Source of the DNA: Paraspadella gotoi
Lineage: Eukaryota > Animalia > Chaetognatha
DNA: 64,000 bases
Assembly: GCA_051294375.1 (NCBI GenBank)
Contig: CM119264.1
Span: forward strand, 129,846 to 193,845
Reading direction: 5' to 3'
Shown here: piece by piece, positions 1-13,201 of the stretch
Layout of the letters: every line of letters starts with the position of its first letter
Numbering within the stretch: position 1 is the first letter of the stretch
Notes under the pieces: model-generated
Database searches by the model: none
What the model saw: the letters and a program-made list of their open reading frames with translations, nothing else
Told to the model about the DNA's origin: nothing
Program-made: the position numbers and the translations under genes

Positions 1-530
1 ACAATACAAGAGTAAACAAGAAACGTAATTTTGGGTACATTGGTCATTTGTTATCTTCTCTCTTTGCCCCCGAGAATTCACAGCTCAAACATTTCCCAGC
101 TCCCAACTGCGATAAACCAATTCACACTTAAATTAAATCGCCAGTAAATATCACATCCATTCTCGGTCGAATCGCTTGTAAACAAGCAAAGAGGAGAAGC
201 ATCAAGCTGCTTGGTCCATCTGTCGCAAACGAGACCTCAAATTTGATTGTGTGTGAAAAGTAAAGAAAGACGGCAATCAAAAAAGCAAAGACCATCTGTT
301 TGTTTCTGGCACCGCCTGGCGTCTCGAAGGAGAGTGGAGAAAATAAATTATGAATTAAAACGATTGATAAAATAACAGAAAATAAATGAAATGTGTTATG
401 ATTTATAAGATGATATAAGTTGGTGCCCTTGGTATTTTTTTTGCGTTATGCATCACAAAATATTTGATGTTGAAGTCAGAAATGTATTTTTGCTTTCTCT
501 CTTAAATCTTTGTGGCGAAAATTTTTTTTA

Positions 531-1481
531 CAGATCTGCTCAAAAAAAGTTTAAACATTGAACCCCTACTATCTGCTTGTTTGTCGTCCTATTAATTAAA
601 TTTTGGGTTCATATGAAAGCTAATGACGAGGTTTTTAAGCTAAATATTATAGTAAGAGTGCTAAAATAAAAAAAAGGATCGAAATTTTGTCTTACAAAGT
701 TTATTTTTGCGAAAAAAAATTTCTTATCCATCTTTATTTTGTGTTTTTTATGTTTTTTTACTATGGAAACTTCTAAACAGCTTAACCCCAAAAAGAAAGC
801 TGCAATTGTTGAGCTTTGGAAGGCGGGTTTGTCAAGATATAGGATCGCCAAACAGTTGCATTTCTCTCTTAAAGCCCTCTGCAGAGTTGTCAACAAATTT
901 GAAGCAACTGGAAACCTTGGACGAGCTGTTGGAAGCAAGTGGCCTTGCATGTCCAGTTTGTCCACAAAGAGCAAGGACGATGACCTGGAAAGTCTTGCAA
1001 TTCAAGACCGTAAGACTTCTGCAAGCCAGTTGAGAAAAAGATGGAGAGAAGAAGAATTGTTGCCAGTCATTTAACAGTGAATGGGCGGCATTTCATAGAG
1101 GATAGAGCTCCTGGATACAAAGTCAAAGCCCCCCAAAAATTTCATGAGAAAAACGGGATGGAAATGCTCAAAGGTTAGCCCGGAAATTCGACTGTCTGCA
1201 ACATCATCGAAAATATCTGGTCAAGAATGAAAAGGGACATTTTTCATTACAATGCAATGACAGTCGACAATATCAATTTTAAAACACATTTGGGGGAGCT
1301 GAGCCCTTCATATTTGCCCAGCCTTTACGACTCTTTCCTTTGTCTCATGTAAACCGTGCGAGAAGCCAATAGTGGTCCGACAATGTATTAACTAACTGAG
1401 TCTTGAAAAGTATTATTTTACTTCAAATAACGAAATAAAATGCTTTTATCATAACTATTAAACTTTTTTTGAGCAGATCTG
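531..1481 (+). mobile_element. Tc1/mariner DNA transposon, internally deleted, non-autonomous
   Basis: Perfect 24-bp TIRs CAGATCTGCTCAAAAAAAGTTTAA (531-554 / 1458-1481), with TA on both flanks (529-530, 1482-1483); transposase remnants inside. Confidence 0.92.
763..1391 (+). pseudogene. Tc1-like transposase pseudogene
   Basis: HTH region METSKQLNPKKKAAIVELWKAGLSRYRIAKQLHFS... ends at a stop (1074). A different frame then gives EDRAPGY...KG*PGNSTVCNIIENIWSRMKR and SLYDSF...ANSGPTMY*, matching the Tc1 QDNAPxH, WPxxSPDLNPIENxW and C-terminal motifs. The first catalytic Asp region is deleted. Confidence 0.9.
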
Positions 1482-1662
1482 TACATCAGACTACCACTTC
1501 CGTTATGTTCTGCTCTCTCTCTCTCTCTCCTCTTCATCATATCTCTCTCATCTCCCTCCATGAGCCTCTCTTCTCTCATCATCTCTCCGCTCCCTCTCAG
1601 TCCTCTCTCTCTAAATCTCTCTCTCTCTCTAAAATATACATCTCTTTTAAATCTCTCTCTCC

Positions 1663-1696
<34 letters not shown>

Positions 1697-2710
1697 TCAC
1701 TCTCTCATCTCTTGCTCTAAATTCTCTTCTCTCTCCGCTCTAAATCTCTCTCTCTCTCTCTCTCGCTCCTTTCCTCTCTCTCCCTCTCTCTCTCCCTCTC
1801 TCTCTCCCTCCTCTCTTCCTCCCTCCCTCTCACTCTCTATCTCTCTCCAATCCCGATTCCATTCAGTCTTCGCATTTTGGGAATTCAGTCAAAAAAAATG
1901 GTTGCGCTCGTTCGTGGCAACATTAAAGACACCATTGATAGACATGGGATAGACAAAGGATAGACAAGTTATTTGCNNNNNNNNNNNNNNNNNNNNNNNN
2001 NGGAGAGAGAAAGAGAGAGAGAAAAGAGATAAGAAGGAGAAGGGAAGACAGAGAGAGAGAGAGAGAGAGAGAGAAGGAGAGAGAAGAGAGAGAGCGAGAG
2101 AGAGAGAGAGAAGAGAGAGAGAGAAAGAAGGAAAGAAATAGAAGGAGAGAAGAAGGTTAGAAGAGAAGAGGGAGATAAGTTGGTGAAAAGAAATCACCAT
2201 CGATTTGTTTTCGTGTGGATAATCGAGCTGAAATCCAGAATAAAGCCGACCAGTAGCGAAGGCGAGAGGGGAGAGAAGATGGAAGAGAGACGAGAGAAGG
2301 ATGAGAGAGAGAGAGAGAGAGAGATGAGTAGAGACACAGAGAGTGACGATGAGAGAGAGAGAAGAGGAGAGAAGAGGATGTTCCCATTAAATTGTTTCAA
2401 TTCTTTGACTCAATCTTGAGATTTGACCTTCGACAGACCAACACACCACAAAACGACCTCACACACAAGAATGGGAATGATTTTTTTTTTCTTTTCACCA
2501 AATGACTTCAAACTTTAGAGAGTTGAGTGATGACGAATTACGTCCATCTCTCTCTCTTCTCTCTCTTTCTCTCTCTCTCCTCTCGATCTCCTCTCATCTC
2601 TCCTCTCTCTCTCGTCTCTCTCTCTCTCGTCTCTCCTCGTGTCACAGTAATTTCGACCCTGCATGATTTTAGTTTCCTTTACAATGCACGCAATCACTAT
2701 AACAACAGCT

Positions 2711-3472
2711 AGCAAATAACTTGTCTTATTCCTTTGTCTTCCATGTTCTATCCAATTGGTAATGGTGTCTTTAGATGTTGCCACGAACGACGCGCAACCA
2801 TTTTTTTTTATTGAAACTGATTCGCCCAAATATGGCGAAGACTGAATGGAACGGGAATTGGAGAGAGATAGAGAGTGAGAGGGAGGGAGGGAAAGGAGGG
2901 AGAGAGAGAAGGGAGAGAGAGAGGGAGACGAGAGGAAAGTGGAGAGAGACGAGAAGACGAGAGAGAGAAAATTTTAGAGCGGAGAGAGATAAAACAAGAA
3001 GTGAGAAGAGAAGAGAAGAGAAAGAGTTTAGAGCAAGAGATGATTATAAAGAAGATAGATGAGAGAGAGAGAGGTAGGAGAGAGGAAAGAGAGATATTTG
3101 GAGGTAACGAGATTGAGAGAGGATAGGGAGAATGTAGAGAGGAGGCTCATGAGAATGAGAGAGATATGATGAAGAGGAGAGAAATGAGAGAGATGAGAGA
3201 GGAGAGAGGCAGATACATAACGGACAGTGGTAGTCTGATGTATCAGATCTGCTCAAAAAGTTTAATAGTTATGAATAAAAAGCATTTTTATTTTCGATTA
3301 TTTGTAGGAAAATATACTTTTCAAGGACCACTATTACTGTCGATCCCTATTGCTCTCCGCACGGTTGTACATGAGACAAAGGAAAGATGCGTAAAGGCTT
3401 TGGGCAAATATGATGGAGGCTTCAGCTCACCAAATGTGTTTTAGAAATTGATATTGTCGACTTTGTCATTGC
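2711..3472 (-). repeat. Inverted, indel-noisy copy of ~1255-1976, including the Tc1 right end
   Basis: Reverse-complement match, e.g. 3244 cagatctgctcaaaaagtttaatag versus 1455-1481; the first arm ends at the 25-N gap 1977-2001. Confidence 0.85.
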
Positions 3473-3902
3473 TACTTGTAATATGGTCGTGTCCTTGTTT
3501 TTTCATTCTTTCTCTTTCTCTATCTCTCTCTATATTTTTTCTTTTGGTCCTTATTTTTATCTGATAATAAATTCTGACTAATTTATCTAATCTTATTTAT
3601 CATTAAAAAATATTATTCAATTATTACTAAATTCAGCAACCTGGCTCTTATCCACATATCAACCATAGAAAAAGACTCTTTTTCTCGCATTTACTTCGCA
3701 AATGAACTATGGTTAAGCGATGTTAACCGAAATATATGGCTAAAATAAAAATAATATGCGTTTTCCTCATAAAACGATGTTAATCACAAATATTATGTAC
3801 TAATACCGTATATACGATAACTCTCAAGCAAGAAAAGTAACTAATGAAGTAGCTCGGCTCAGTTGAAAAGAAAGAGAGAGATAGAGTGTGAGATGGAACG
3901 GA

Positions 3903-3947
<45 letters not shown>

Positions 3948-4098
3948 AGAGAGAAGAGAGAGAGACGATGGAGGGTAGAGGACGGTTTCATAGTTATTAT
4001 GATTATAAAAACATTTTCTATTCCGCTCCCCAAGCCGTAGGTTTTCGTCATTGAGTTTAAAAAAGATTGCAGGGCTTTGTATAAAAAGACTGGAAAGG

Positions 4099-4171
<73 letters not shown>

Positions 4172-4793
4172 AGAGAAGAGAGAGAGTGAGAAGAGAGAAG
4201 AGCGACAAATTTGTTATGTTAATGAGAGAGCATGTGAAGAGAGAGAAACAAAGAGAAGCTAGGAAAGTTAGAGGAGAGAGGAGAGAAGAGGAGAGAGAGA
4301 GAGAGGAAAGAGAGAGAGAGAGAGAGTAAGAGAGATGCAGATTGAGAGGAGAGGAATAGCCTTCCTAAGAATGGATTTCCTCTCTGCCCCCCTTCAAGCG
4401 GTAGAAAAAAAAACACTTCTTTCAATTTCAAAAAAGCACGCCAGTTAATTATACGCGGGCGAGTGGAAATATGGAAAGAGAGAGAGAGAGAGAGGATGGA
4501 GAGAGATGGCAGAGAACGAGAGAAGAGAGAGAGGAGAGAGTGAGAGAGGAGACGAGAGAGAGAGAGAGAGAGAGAGAGGCCGGGGGGAATAATGGATAGA
4601 ATCCTCTGATGCTTGTCGCTTTTTGTTTTTCCTCGTCGTCCAGTTCGTCGTTCACTTTTTATTGATTTCAATTTTTTTTTAGTTTTCACTGTGGATTATT
4701 TCTCCTCTTCTCTTCTCTCTCTCTCTCTCTCTCTCTCTTTTCTCTCTCCTTTCTCTCTCTCTTCTCTCTTCTCTCTCCTCTCCTTCTCTCTCT

Positions 4794-4834
<41 letters not shown>

Positions 4835-5095
4835 ACTTTTTTTTTAGACGTTGAAAAATTGATTCTTTTCACGTTAAAACGCAGAGGAACAAGATAAAGT
4901 TGAATGGATAAATTTAGGAATAAACAATAAACAAGAGATAAAAACAAGAAACGTAATTTTTGGGTACATTGGTCATTTGTTTTTTGACATCCCTCATTTG
5001 CATATTACCATTATTATTGTTTCAAGAATAGTAATGTGTTTTACTAATTCTTTGCTTTTATTTCTGGGTCATAATGTGATTATACAATTGTACAT

Positions 5096-5205
5096 ATCCA
5101 TTCATTTAATAAATAAGCTATCTTGCCCCTGACTTTGTGCAGGCTTTGGTGGTTTAAGGCCGCCATCATTCTTAAAATATAAGGTCCCTGAAAGCTTTCA
5201 ATCAA
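5096..5205. repeat. Dispersed short repeat family (other copies ~13205-13320, 28254-28330, 31183-31237 inverted, 45060-45100, 55223-55260)
   Basis: Shared core cattcatttaataaataagctatcttgcccctgactttg..caggctttggtggtttaaggcc.ccatcat; class unknown, possibly a SINE/LINE end. Confidence 0.7.
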
Positions 5206-5866
5206 CTCTCTCACAGTCTCGTTTATTCACTCCCAGTGTACCTGTCTTCCCTATTAATGAAGTGGAATAATATTTTAAAGAATTTTTCAATTGTTATATA
5301 TAATACATATACGTAGAGAGAGAGAGGCAAAGAGAGAGACATTTTCCTGTTTGACTTCACTGAAAAACTCTTCCGAGCGAAAAAGAAAATCATCTCTTAA
5401 CTTAATCGAAACTTAAAAGAAAAATGCTGACACTTGGAAAGACGTCGTCGTCATAGTCGTCGTCGTCGTTGTCTTTCTCCTCTTTTTACAACTTTCTCAT
5501 CTGAGTTAATCACTCTATCATCACTAAGTGTGAGTTTACGAATGTGGGAATGTGTGGGCATAGTACTCTCTGTGTGAGTCTAATTATGTGTTCAAGGTTG
5601 TTAACGTAGATGAGTGTGTGTTGATGAGAGAGAGAGAGAGAGAGGAAAGAGTAAGAGAAGAGAAAAAAGATAGTAAAAAGAAAAGCAAAGGAAAGGAAGA
5701 CCCAGGGATAAAACGGAAAGAGAAAATTAGTTTTCGATGGAGAAACTGGGCTTCACCACTAGCGAGGGAGAGACAGAAAGATAGAAAGACAGAAAAATGG
5801 AAAGACAGAGATTTCAACATGAAACCAAAATGGATTTTATTCTTAGAAAGTCACAAGCAAAGACAG

Positions 5867-6474
5867 TGTCAGAATTTGAGGCAGAATGAATCAGTACAAA
5901 AATAGCAAGTATTTATACAGAGCAATCGGATCATCGATACGGTTTTCACAATGGCATGAAGCCAATCTTGTGAATGTTTCGTCCAATGAGAGATGGAATC
6001 CGGATTCCGGGGGTTTCTACCCGAGTCGCGGATCCGATTCCATTTTCGGTTTTGATTGACTAATAGACCCCGGGATTGATCCCAAACGGGAAGCGTTTGG
6101 ACGGCCGTAAACCGCCTTGGGGGCCTGGAGAACTTAAAGCCTGGTTCCAAGCCCAGGACCCGTTCCATGGCTGCTATAGGGGCTAAAAGAAGTTGAGGAT
6201 AGTTCAGAATAAGGACGTTTTGGATAAGTAGTATTTGTGTCTCTTTCTCCCTACTCGATTTCCGAGAGTTTTGCGAGGCACGTTTTAGTTTTCGATTGAA
6301 TTCTCACCAAAATTGTTCGCCCGGAGAAACTTCGTTCTTACGAGTCTCCGAGGGATTGTTCGAATAAGTCAATAAACGTTTTAAATATTCGATATCTACT
6401 TTTATCTCGTGCGACTCAAGTTAGTACATTTCGTTACGTGCGAATCAACGACGTTGGTCTCCGAGGGCGTGACG
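5867..6474 (+). mobile_element. Possible solo-LTR-like remnant
   Basis: CpG-richer island starting TGTCA and ending ...cgtgac, with AATAAA at 6371; no terminal CA or TSD found. Confidence 0.25.
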
Positions 6475-6911
6475 TCTAAAATACCTTCACAATCTTCACA
6501 AAAGTTCACAAAAGTTCAGAAAAGTTCACATAGTACTCTTCAATCCACTTTGCGCTTTATTCTCAGAATTGTCTATTCATAATAACAAATATCTCAAAAT
6601 AATTAACATTTTTTCAAAACATTTATTCTTCATCTTCTATATTCCTTATCGCATGCATTAATTATTAAAAATCGGACGACAATTTTCAGGCAAAAAATAT
6701 ATAATCAAGATTTTTCCCATTTTCACAAACTTTTTTAAAGCGAATATGTTTTACGTGCAACCAATATCTCACCTCATGTTCTCTTTCTATTTCTTATGAG
6801 GAGAGAGAGAAGAGGAGAGAGGAAGAGAGAGAGGAGAGCTGAGGGGAGAGACGATCGAGGAATAGCTGAGCCGAGATGTCAGCAGAAGGAGAGAGAGACA
6901 GAGAGAGATGA

Positions 6912-6974
<63 letters not shown>

Positions 6975-7030
6975 ATAGTTCGGTCTTGTAAGTTTCTGAC
7001 TTTATTGCTGCTCTCTGGTTTTTGTTTCCT

Positions 7031-7117
<87 letters not shown>

Positions 7118-7170
7118 CTTTCAATTCTAGATTCACTTCCCTCTTTTTCTTATTTTTGATAAGACGTATA

Positions 7171-7745
7171 CTATCTAGGAAAAAAGTATATAACGTTTTT
7201 AATAAAGGATATCTACTCGAAAACTTGTTTTATTTAAAAGAAATCAGAATGTTTCCGGATCTACATTAAATTTCTTTTCAGTAGGTTTCTTCCATTTTTT
7301 TGTAGGTCAAATCGTTTAGAAGTTACAGGCCAAAAAAAATTGTTACTTCAAATAAAAAATGTCGAAAAAATTCAAATTTAGTTTTCCTTTATTTTTGGTA
7401 TTTAATTTTTTGTTTTTATTTCAAATAGAGTTAGTTTTTTATTTTTTAATTTTGCAATGCTAAAGGCCTTGCACCTCTTTTTGGTTCAAAAAAGTGCTAT
7501 TATACCTTTTAAAAAAGAGGGAAAGACATGCAACATCAACATCGGGTCTGAAAAGAATTGCGTTAAAGATGTGGAAAAACATTTCACTCTCATACCTCAA
7601 TTTGCTGTATGAGAGCATGCCCAAACAAATGCAGGCAGTAGTCGAAGCCGAGGAAGGGCATAATAAATATTGAGAATGTTTACCCATATTTTGTATACTT
7701 TTTATCGAATAAATGAATTATGTTATACACTTTTTTCCTAGATAG
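7171..7745 (+). mobile_element. Second Tc1-family non-autonomous deletion derivative
   Basis: 24-bp TIR CTATCTAGGAAAAAAGTATATAAC / GTTATACACTTTTTTCCTAGATAG (1 mismatch) with TA flanks; ~7540-7673 encodes a Tc1 C-terminus, LKRIALKMWKNISLSYLNLLYESMPKQMQAVVEAEEGHNKY*. Confidence 0.9.
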
Positions 7746-8054
7746 TACTATGCCTCTCTGTATTTTTATTATTTTTTTCTATCGTTTTTCTTAATATACG
7801 CCTTACCATCATTTCATTTCTTACTTATCCAGAGTCTTATTTCAGGGATAAAATTTTTGGAATCTGCTTAATCTGAATTTTTTTATAAATACCTTATAAT
7901 TCAAAAAAAATAAAATGGCTTTAAATGTGAGTCAAACTAACGGGCGAATTCTAAAAATACTTCCAAATAAGGTAAAGTTTTGCGACTGGCGTTTAACGAG
8001 AGAGCAAAACAATTTCTTAGCGGGCATTGGAATTTTTAAAGACGTTCGCTGGGG

Positions 8055-8267
8055 AAAAAAGAGCGCTAAGTGGGCCGAAGAGTGCAACCCGCAACTTTTT
8101 AAATCCTTTCTCGCAGCCATGGAACACTTAGAACAAGTTCTGTGCATGGAACCTTGTTTGAGGGTTTTCCAGGCCCTGAAGGGTAGGTACAGCTTGGGAT
8201 CGATCCCGGTACCTGATGGTCATGAGCTGATGGTATTACTCCATGAGCCACCGGATCACGACTGAGG
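8055..8267 (-). mobile_element. tRNA-derived SINE (other copies 10388-10603 +, 15389-15580 +, 20371-20445 partial, 44337-44474 -, 54494-54633 -)
   Basis: Head CTCAGTCGTGATCCGGTGGCTCATGGAGTAATACCATCAGCTCATGACCATCAGGTACCGGGATCGATCCC has A-box-like and B-box-like motifs; shared tail gttgcg...cacttagcgct followed by a T-run. Confidence 0.75.
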
Positions 8268-8297
8268 TTTTTGTGCTTAAAGGCGGGGTGAAAATAA

Positions 8298-8763
8298 TAA
8301 AACTTTATAAAATTAAAATTTAGCGTATAGAACATGAAAACAAAAACCAATAAAAATATTTTGGTAAATTTATTTTTTATTTTTATACAATAGTAATATT
8401 TTTATATTGCAATAAGTATATAATAGTTAAAATTTCAAAATTAAAATGTTTAAATTTTAAGATCGGATTTGGATTCCTTGCAAAAAGTTGATATAAGAAA
8501 GTAAAAAAAAGTTTTCATTAAGTTGCTCAAAAATGTAAAAAACTATATTTAAGACACCGATTTTAAATTTCAAGCTTAAAAATATAGTTTTTTTTATAAT
8601 TTTAACCGACTTAATGACATATTTTTTGAAAAAGATTGATATTTTCTTTTATCAACTTTTATTGAAGAATCTGAATCAGTTCTCAGAATTTAAAAAAAAA
8701 ACATTTATAAATTTTGATATTATATAAGAGTAGGGTTTTTTTATTTCTTAGGTTACTAAAATG
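8298..8763. mobile_element. AT-rich foldback/MITE-like element (related: ~15690-16100, ~17160-17520, ~21940-22270)
   Basis: Imperfect palindrome centred near 8565 (aactatatttaag...cttaaaaatatagtt; gattccttgcaaaaagttgata / tatcaacttttattgaagaatc); absent from the inverted copy of this locus at ~10350. Confidence 0.55.
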
Positions 8764-8889
8764 AAAATGTCATTTGGCTAAAATTTTCATTATCACAAAA
8801 ATTGTCATATCACAGTTTTGATACAAAGTAAATCTCCTTTGTCCGCGATTTCACCGGAGGATGTGAACCTCAGCTCAGTGACGTTTAGC

Positions 8890-8974
<85 letters not shown>

Positions 8975-9264
8975 GTTTTCACAATTCGACGCTAAGCGTC
9001 GGAACGGAGAAGAGAGAAATAAATCCTGTCTTTTGCTTTTTTCTCTTTTCTGCTCTCTCTCCTTCACTTCCTCTCCCTCTCCGTCCCTCTCTCCCTCTCA
9101 CTTTGTCCCTCCCTCTCTTCTTCCCTCTCTCCCTCTCGCTCTCTCCCTCCCTCTCTCCTCATCCCTCTCTCCTCTACCACTTTGTGATTTAATCAATGTG
9201 GATTACGACAACATTCGGCGTTTCTATGGAAACGAAAGCAAACAACCGGGCGAGAAATTCGGCT

Positions 9265-9300
<36 letters not shown>

Positions 9301-9359
9301 NNNNNNNNNNNNNNNNNNNNNNNNNTCAGGCCTTTTCTTGTGGAATGAGAGAGAGAGAG

Positions 9360-9416
<57 letters not shown>

Positions 9417-9754
9417 AGAGAGCTAGAGCAGAGAGAGACAGAGAATGATAGGAGAAAGAAAGAAAGAAAGAAAAAAAGGAAAGAAAAAATATAAAGAAAC
9501 GAAGGGAAAAGTAAAGAAAAGAAAAAGACAAAGAAACGAAAAGAAAAGAAAAGAAAAGAAAAGAAAAGAAATGAAAAGAAGAGGAGAAATAGCAAGCACA
9601 CATTGCAAAGCAAGCAGCGGTTGTTGCCAAATCGTCCAAGCACAAAGGAATATGCAAAGACCCCTGAAAACCGGATGCCTTGTTCCCGCCCCCTCTCTCT
9701 CTCTCTCATTCTTCTCTCCTCTCTTCTTTCTCTTCTCTCATCTCTCCTCTCTCC

Positions 9755-10133
9755 TCTCTCTCTCCCAGCCGATTTCTCCACCGGTTGTTTGCTTTCGTTT
9801 CACAATAGAACCGCGCGAATGTTGTCGTAATCCACATTGATTAAATCACAAAGTGGTAGCTGGAGAGAAGGGAGATGAAAAGATGAGGAGAGAGAGGATG
9901 GGAGACGAGCGGAGAGGAGAGAGGGGAGAGAGAGGGAGGACAGTGAGATATGAAGTGAGGGAGGGGATAGAGAGGGGATGGACGTGGGGGATATGGAGCG
10001 AAAGCTTAGAGGAAGGAATCGCGTGAATAAAGAAAGGGAGAATGTGAGAGAGAGCAGAAAAGAGAAAAAGCAAAAAGACAGGATTTATTTCTCTCTTCTC
10101 CGTTCCGACGCTTAGCGTCGCAATTGTGAAAAC

Positions 10134-10199
<66 letters not shown>

Positions 10200-12940
10200 C
10201 GAGAGAAGAGAGAAAAGAGAGACGCTAAACGTCAGTGAGCTGAGGTTCACATCCTCCGGTGAAATCGCGGGACAAAGGAGATTTACTTTGTATCAAAACT
10301 GTGATATGAAAATTTTTTGTGATAAGAAATTTTAGGCCAAATGACATTTTTTTTTTTATTTTCCACCCGGCGCTATAAGCACAAAAACCTCAGTCGTGAT
10401 CCGGTGGCCATGGAAGTAATACCATCGCTCATGACCATAGGTACCGGTCAGATCCCGAGCTTACCCCTACCTCTTTTGTCAGGGCCTGGAACAACCCTCA
10501 ACAAGGTTTCCAAATGCACAGAACTTGTTCTCAGTGTTCCATGGCTGTGGCGAGACAGGATTTAAAAAAAAAGTGCGGATAGCACTCTTCGGCCACTTAG
10601 CGCCTTATTCTCATTTGATTAAAGTTTAGAAGTTATCGTCAGTAGTTAAAAAAATGTAACAATCGTTTTACATAGTTAGAAAAGATTAACTCTATAAGTT
10701 ACGGATGTTGAGACTTTTTAATGTATTTCATAATAACATAAGGTGGCAGGCAAGTACATTAGCGCCATAAGCGATTGCGCCATTAGTCGCGGTGTTAAAA
10801 AGCGGAGGCATTAGCGCATTAAAATTGCGCGGCATTTGAGATTGAGTCTAAACATATGCGGATTTTTGGGATATTGGAGGGTAGCAGACCGTGATAAAAG
10901 CAAGGCGGACTTGGCAATTAACCCGAATGGAGTCGTGCCACATGAAGAGGGTAGCCAACGCTGTTCCCTTCTTCCTCTCGACTTCGAAGCGAAAGTAGAA
11001 TACTCTGCTGATCTGTAACTTACGATGTTCCAGGAATGTCCACGCGACAAGGTTTAATGGGGTTTGTGGAGGCTTGGTCGTTTTGTCAACGCGAATGCGG
11101 AGGAACTGCACAGGACACCACAAAAGAACAGACCGGGTCTTTGGCGTAGACACAACCTTTTCCCAGAGTAGATCGGACGAAGTCCAAAGTGAATTATTGT
11201 TGTGAAAGGAACAAAATTACTTTTCACGCCCTTGCTTGACCAAAGGCTACATAAAGCGCGAGACTGCTGACCGGACTAAATTTGCCTTAAATCACAGTGC
11301 CTCAGAATTGCCCCGAAAAGACAAAAGGGGGCAAGGAAGCAACACTGTCCGAGTTGAAGTGTTGTGGATGGTCGACAAGAGGGTTTCCAAAAGTGGATAG
11401 TCGATGCACCAGTGTTGGTGGGCGGATTCTGCAGAGGGCTGCTCGGCGCGGCAGCGGCATCGGTGATTGCCCCACAGGGCCAGCCACGAACGGAGTTCTG
11501 GTACGGGGCCGGGTCGCCACGGAAGGACCTTAATGAGTGGATCTGTAACGAGAGAGAGGCACACAGGCGGGCAGGGCCGGTCAATGACCTCACATTTCTT
11601 ACACCCCAGCCTTTAATGGCAAATAATAACGGTGTCTAAAGAGGGCTGATAATGAACGCAATAATGACATCGGTAATCATAAAGAGACGGAATGTTTATT
11701 GATAAGAGTCTAATGAGTTCAAAAGAGTCTTTTGATGAATCCGGCGAAAGTCCTCGGTGATTCGCACGAGTTCGCTCCTTACATAATCACGCATTTAAAT
11801 AAATAAATAAATATAAACTAAAAATACGATTTAGTAAAACAACAGTAAAATTGAATGAGACCGACTGGACAAAGTGACTGTCCGAAACGTCCAAAAAGTC
11901 AATCCGGAAACTGACCAAACCCCTGCAGCAGAAAGAAACCCCATATTTCATCTCTTCCTACGTTATTTGCTTTTTTTTTGCCCCTTTTGCTTTCTTCTGC
12001 TCTTTTTTTCCCAGCGATGTCTTTAAAAATTCCAATGCCCCCGCTAGAATTATTTTTTTGGCTCTCTCCGTTAAACGCCAGTCGCAAAACTTTACCTTAT
12101 TTGGGAAGTATTTAAGGAATCCGCTGACGTTAGTTTGACTCACATTTAAAGCCATTTTATTTTTTTGAATTTAAGGTATTTATAAAAAATTTCAGATTAA
12201 GGCAATTCCAAAATGTTATCGCCTGAAATAGACTCTGGATAAGTAGAACTAGAAAAATGAGGTAAGGGTGCGTCATATTAAGAAAAACGATAAAAAGAAA
12301 TAATAAAAATACAGGAGGCATAGGACAAAAGTATACAAAATATGGGTAAACATTCTCAATATTTTTATTTATGCCCTTCCTCGCTTCCGACTACTGCCTG
12401 CATTTTGTTTGGGCATGCTCTCAATACAGCAAATTGAGGGTATGAGAGTGAAATGTTTTTTTCCACATCTTTAACGCAATTCTTTTCAGACCCGATGTTG
12501 ATGTTGCAATGTTTCCCTCTTTTTTTTTAAAAGGTAATACATAGCACTTTTTGAAGCCAAAAAGAGGTGCAAGGGCCTTTAGCATTGCAAAATTAAAAAT
12601 AAAAAAGTAACTAAACTCTTATTGAAAATATAAAACAATGATTAAACCAAAAATAAACGGAAAACTAAATTTGATTTTTTTTCGCCATTTTTTATTTGAA
12701 GTACAATATTTTTTGGACCTGTAACATCTAAACGATTTGACTACAAAAAATATGGAAGAAACCCTTCTGAAAGAAATTTAATGTAGAAATTCCGGAAAAT
12801 TCTGATTTCTTTTAAATAAAACAAGTTTCGAGTGATATCCTTTATTAAAACGTTATATACTTTTTTCCTTTAGAATAGTATACGTCTTATCAAAAATAAG
12901 GAAAAAGGAGGGAAGTGAATCTAGAATTGAAAGAGAGAGA
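9755..12940 (-). repeat. Inverted copy of ~7110-9300
   Basis: Collinear reverse-complement match, e.g. 12880-12930 versus 7121-7170; lies beyond the 25-N gap 9301-9325. Confidence 0.9.
10836..11640 (+). pseudogene. Degenerate Ty3/gypsy pol fragment (RT to RNase H)
   Basis: GYWRVADRDKSK..NPNG resembles gypsy RT GYWQ..V...D..KTAF.TP.G; W..GRQEGFQK.IVDAPVL..F.R...AAS...EREA resembles W...Q.AF..LK..L..APVL..DF..PF....DAS...ERE.LA; many indels. Confidence 0.6.
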
Positions 12941-13126
12941 GAGCGATTCAATTCTAGTTCAGCTTTGATCAAATTTATCTTTTATTTTTTCATAAAGAAG
13001 ATCATTTGTTATTTTGACACAAAGAATTTCTGACAGATTTCTAAGATCTTTTTTTCTTAATTTTTCCTTCTTTTTTTTGTCTGGATGTCCATTTTTGCTG
13101 TGGCATCTCTCTTGGTTATTTTTGGT

Positions 13127-13201
<75 letters not shown>

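Noticed and set aside
128-295. Minus-strand 55-codon hydrophobic ORF (MVFAFLIAVFLYFS...)
   Set aside because: Short, in noisy sequence and without a recognisable motif.
10848-11153. Minus-strand ORF with LLWCP resembling non-LTR RNase H
   Set aside because: It lacks the H.G..GNE motif; plus-strand gypsy motifs explain the region better.
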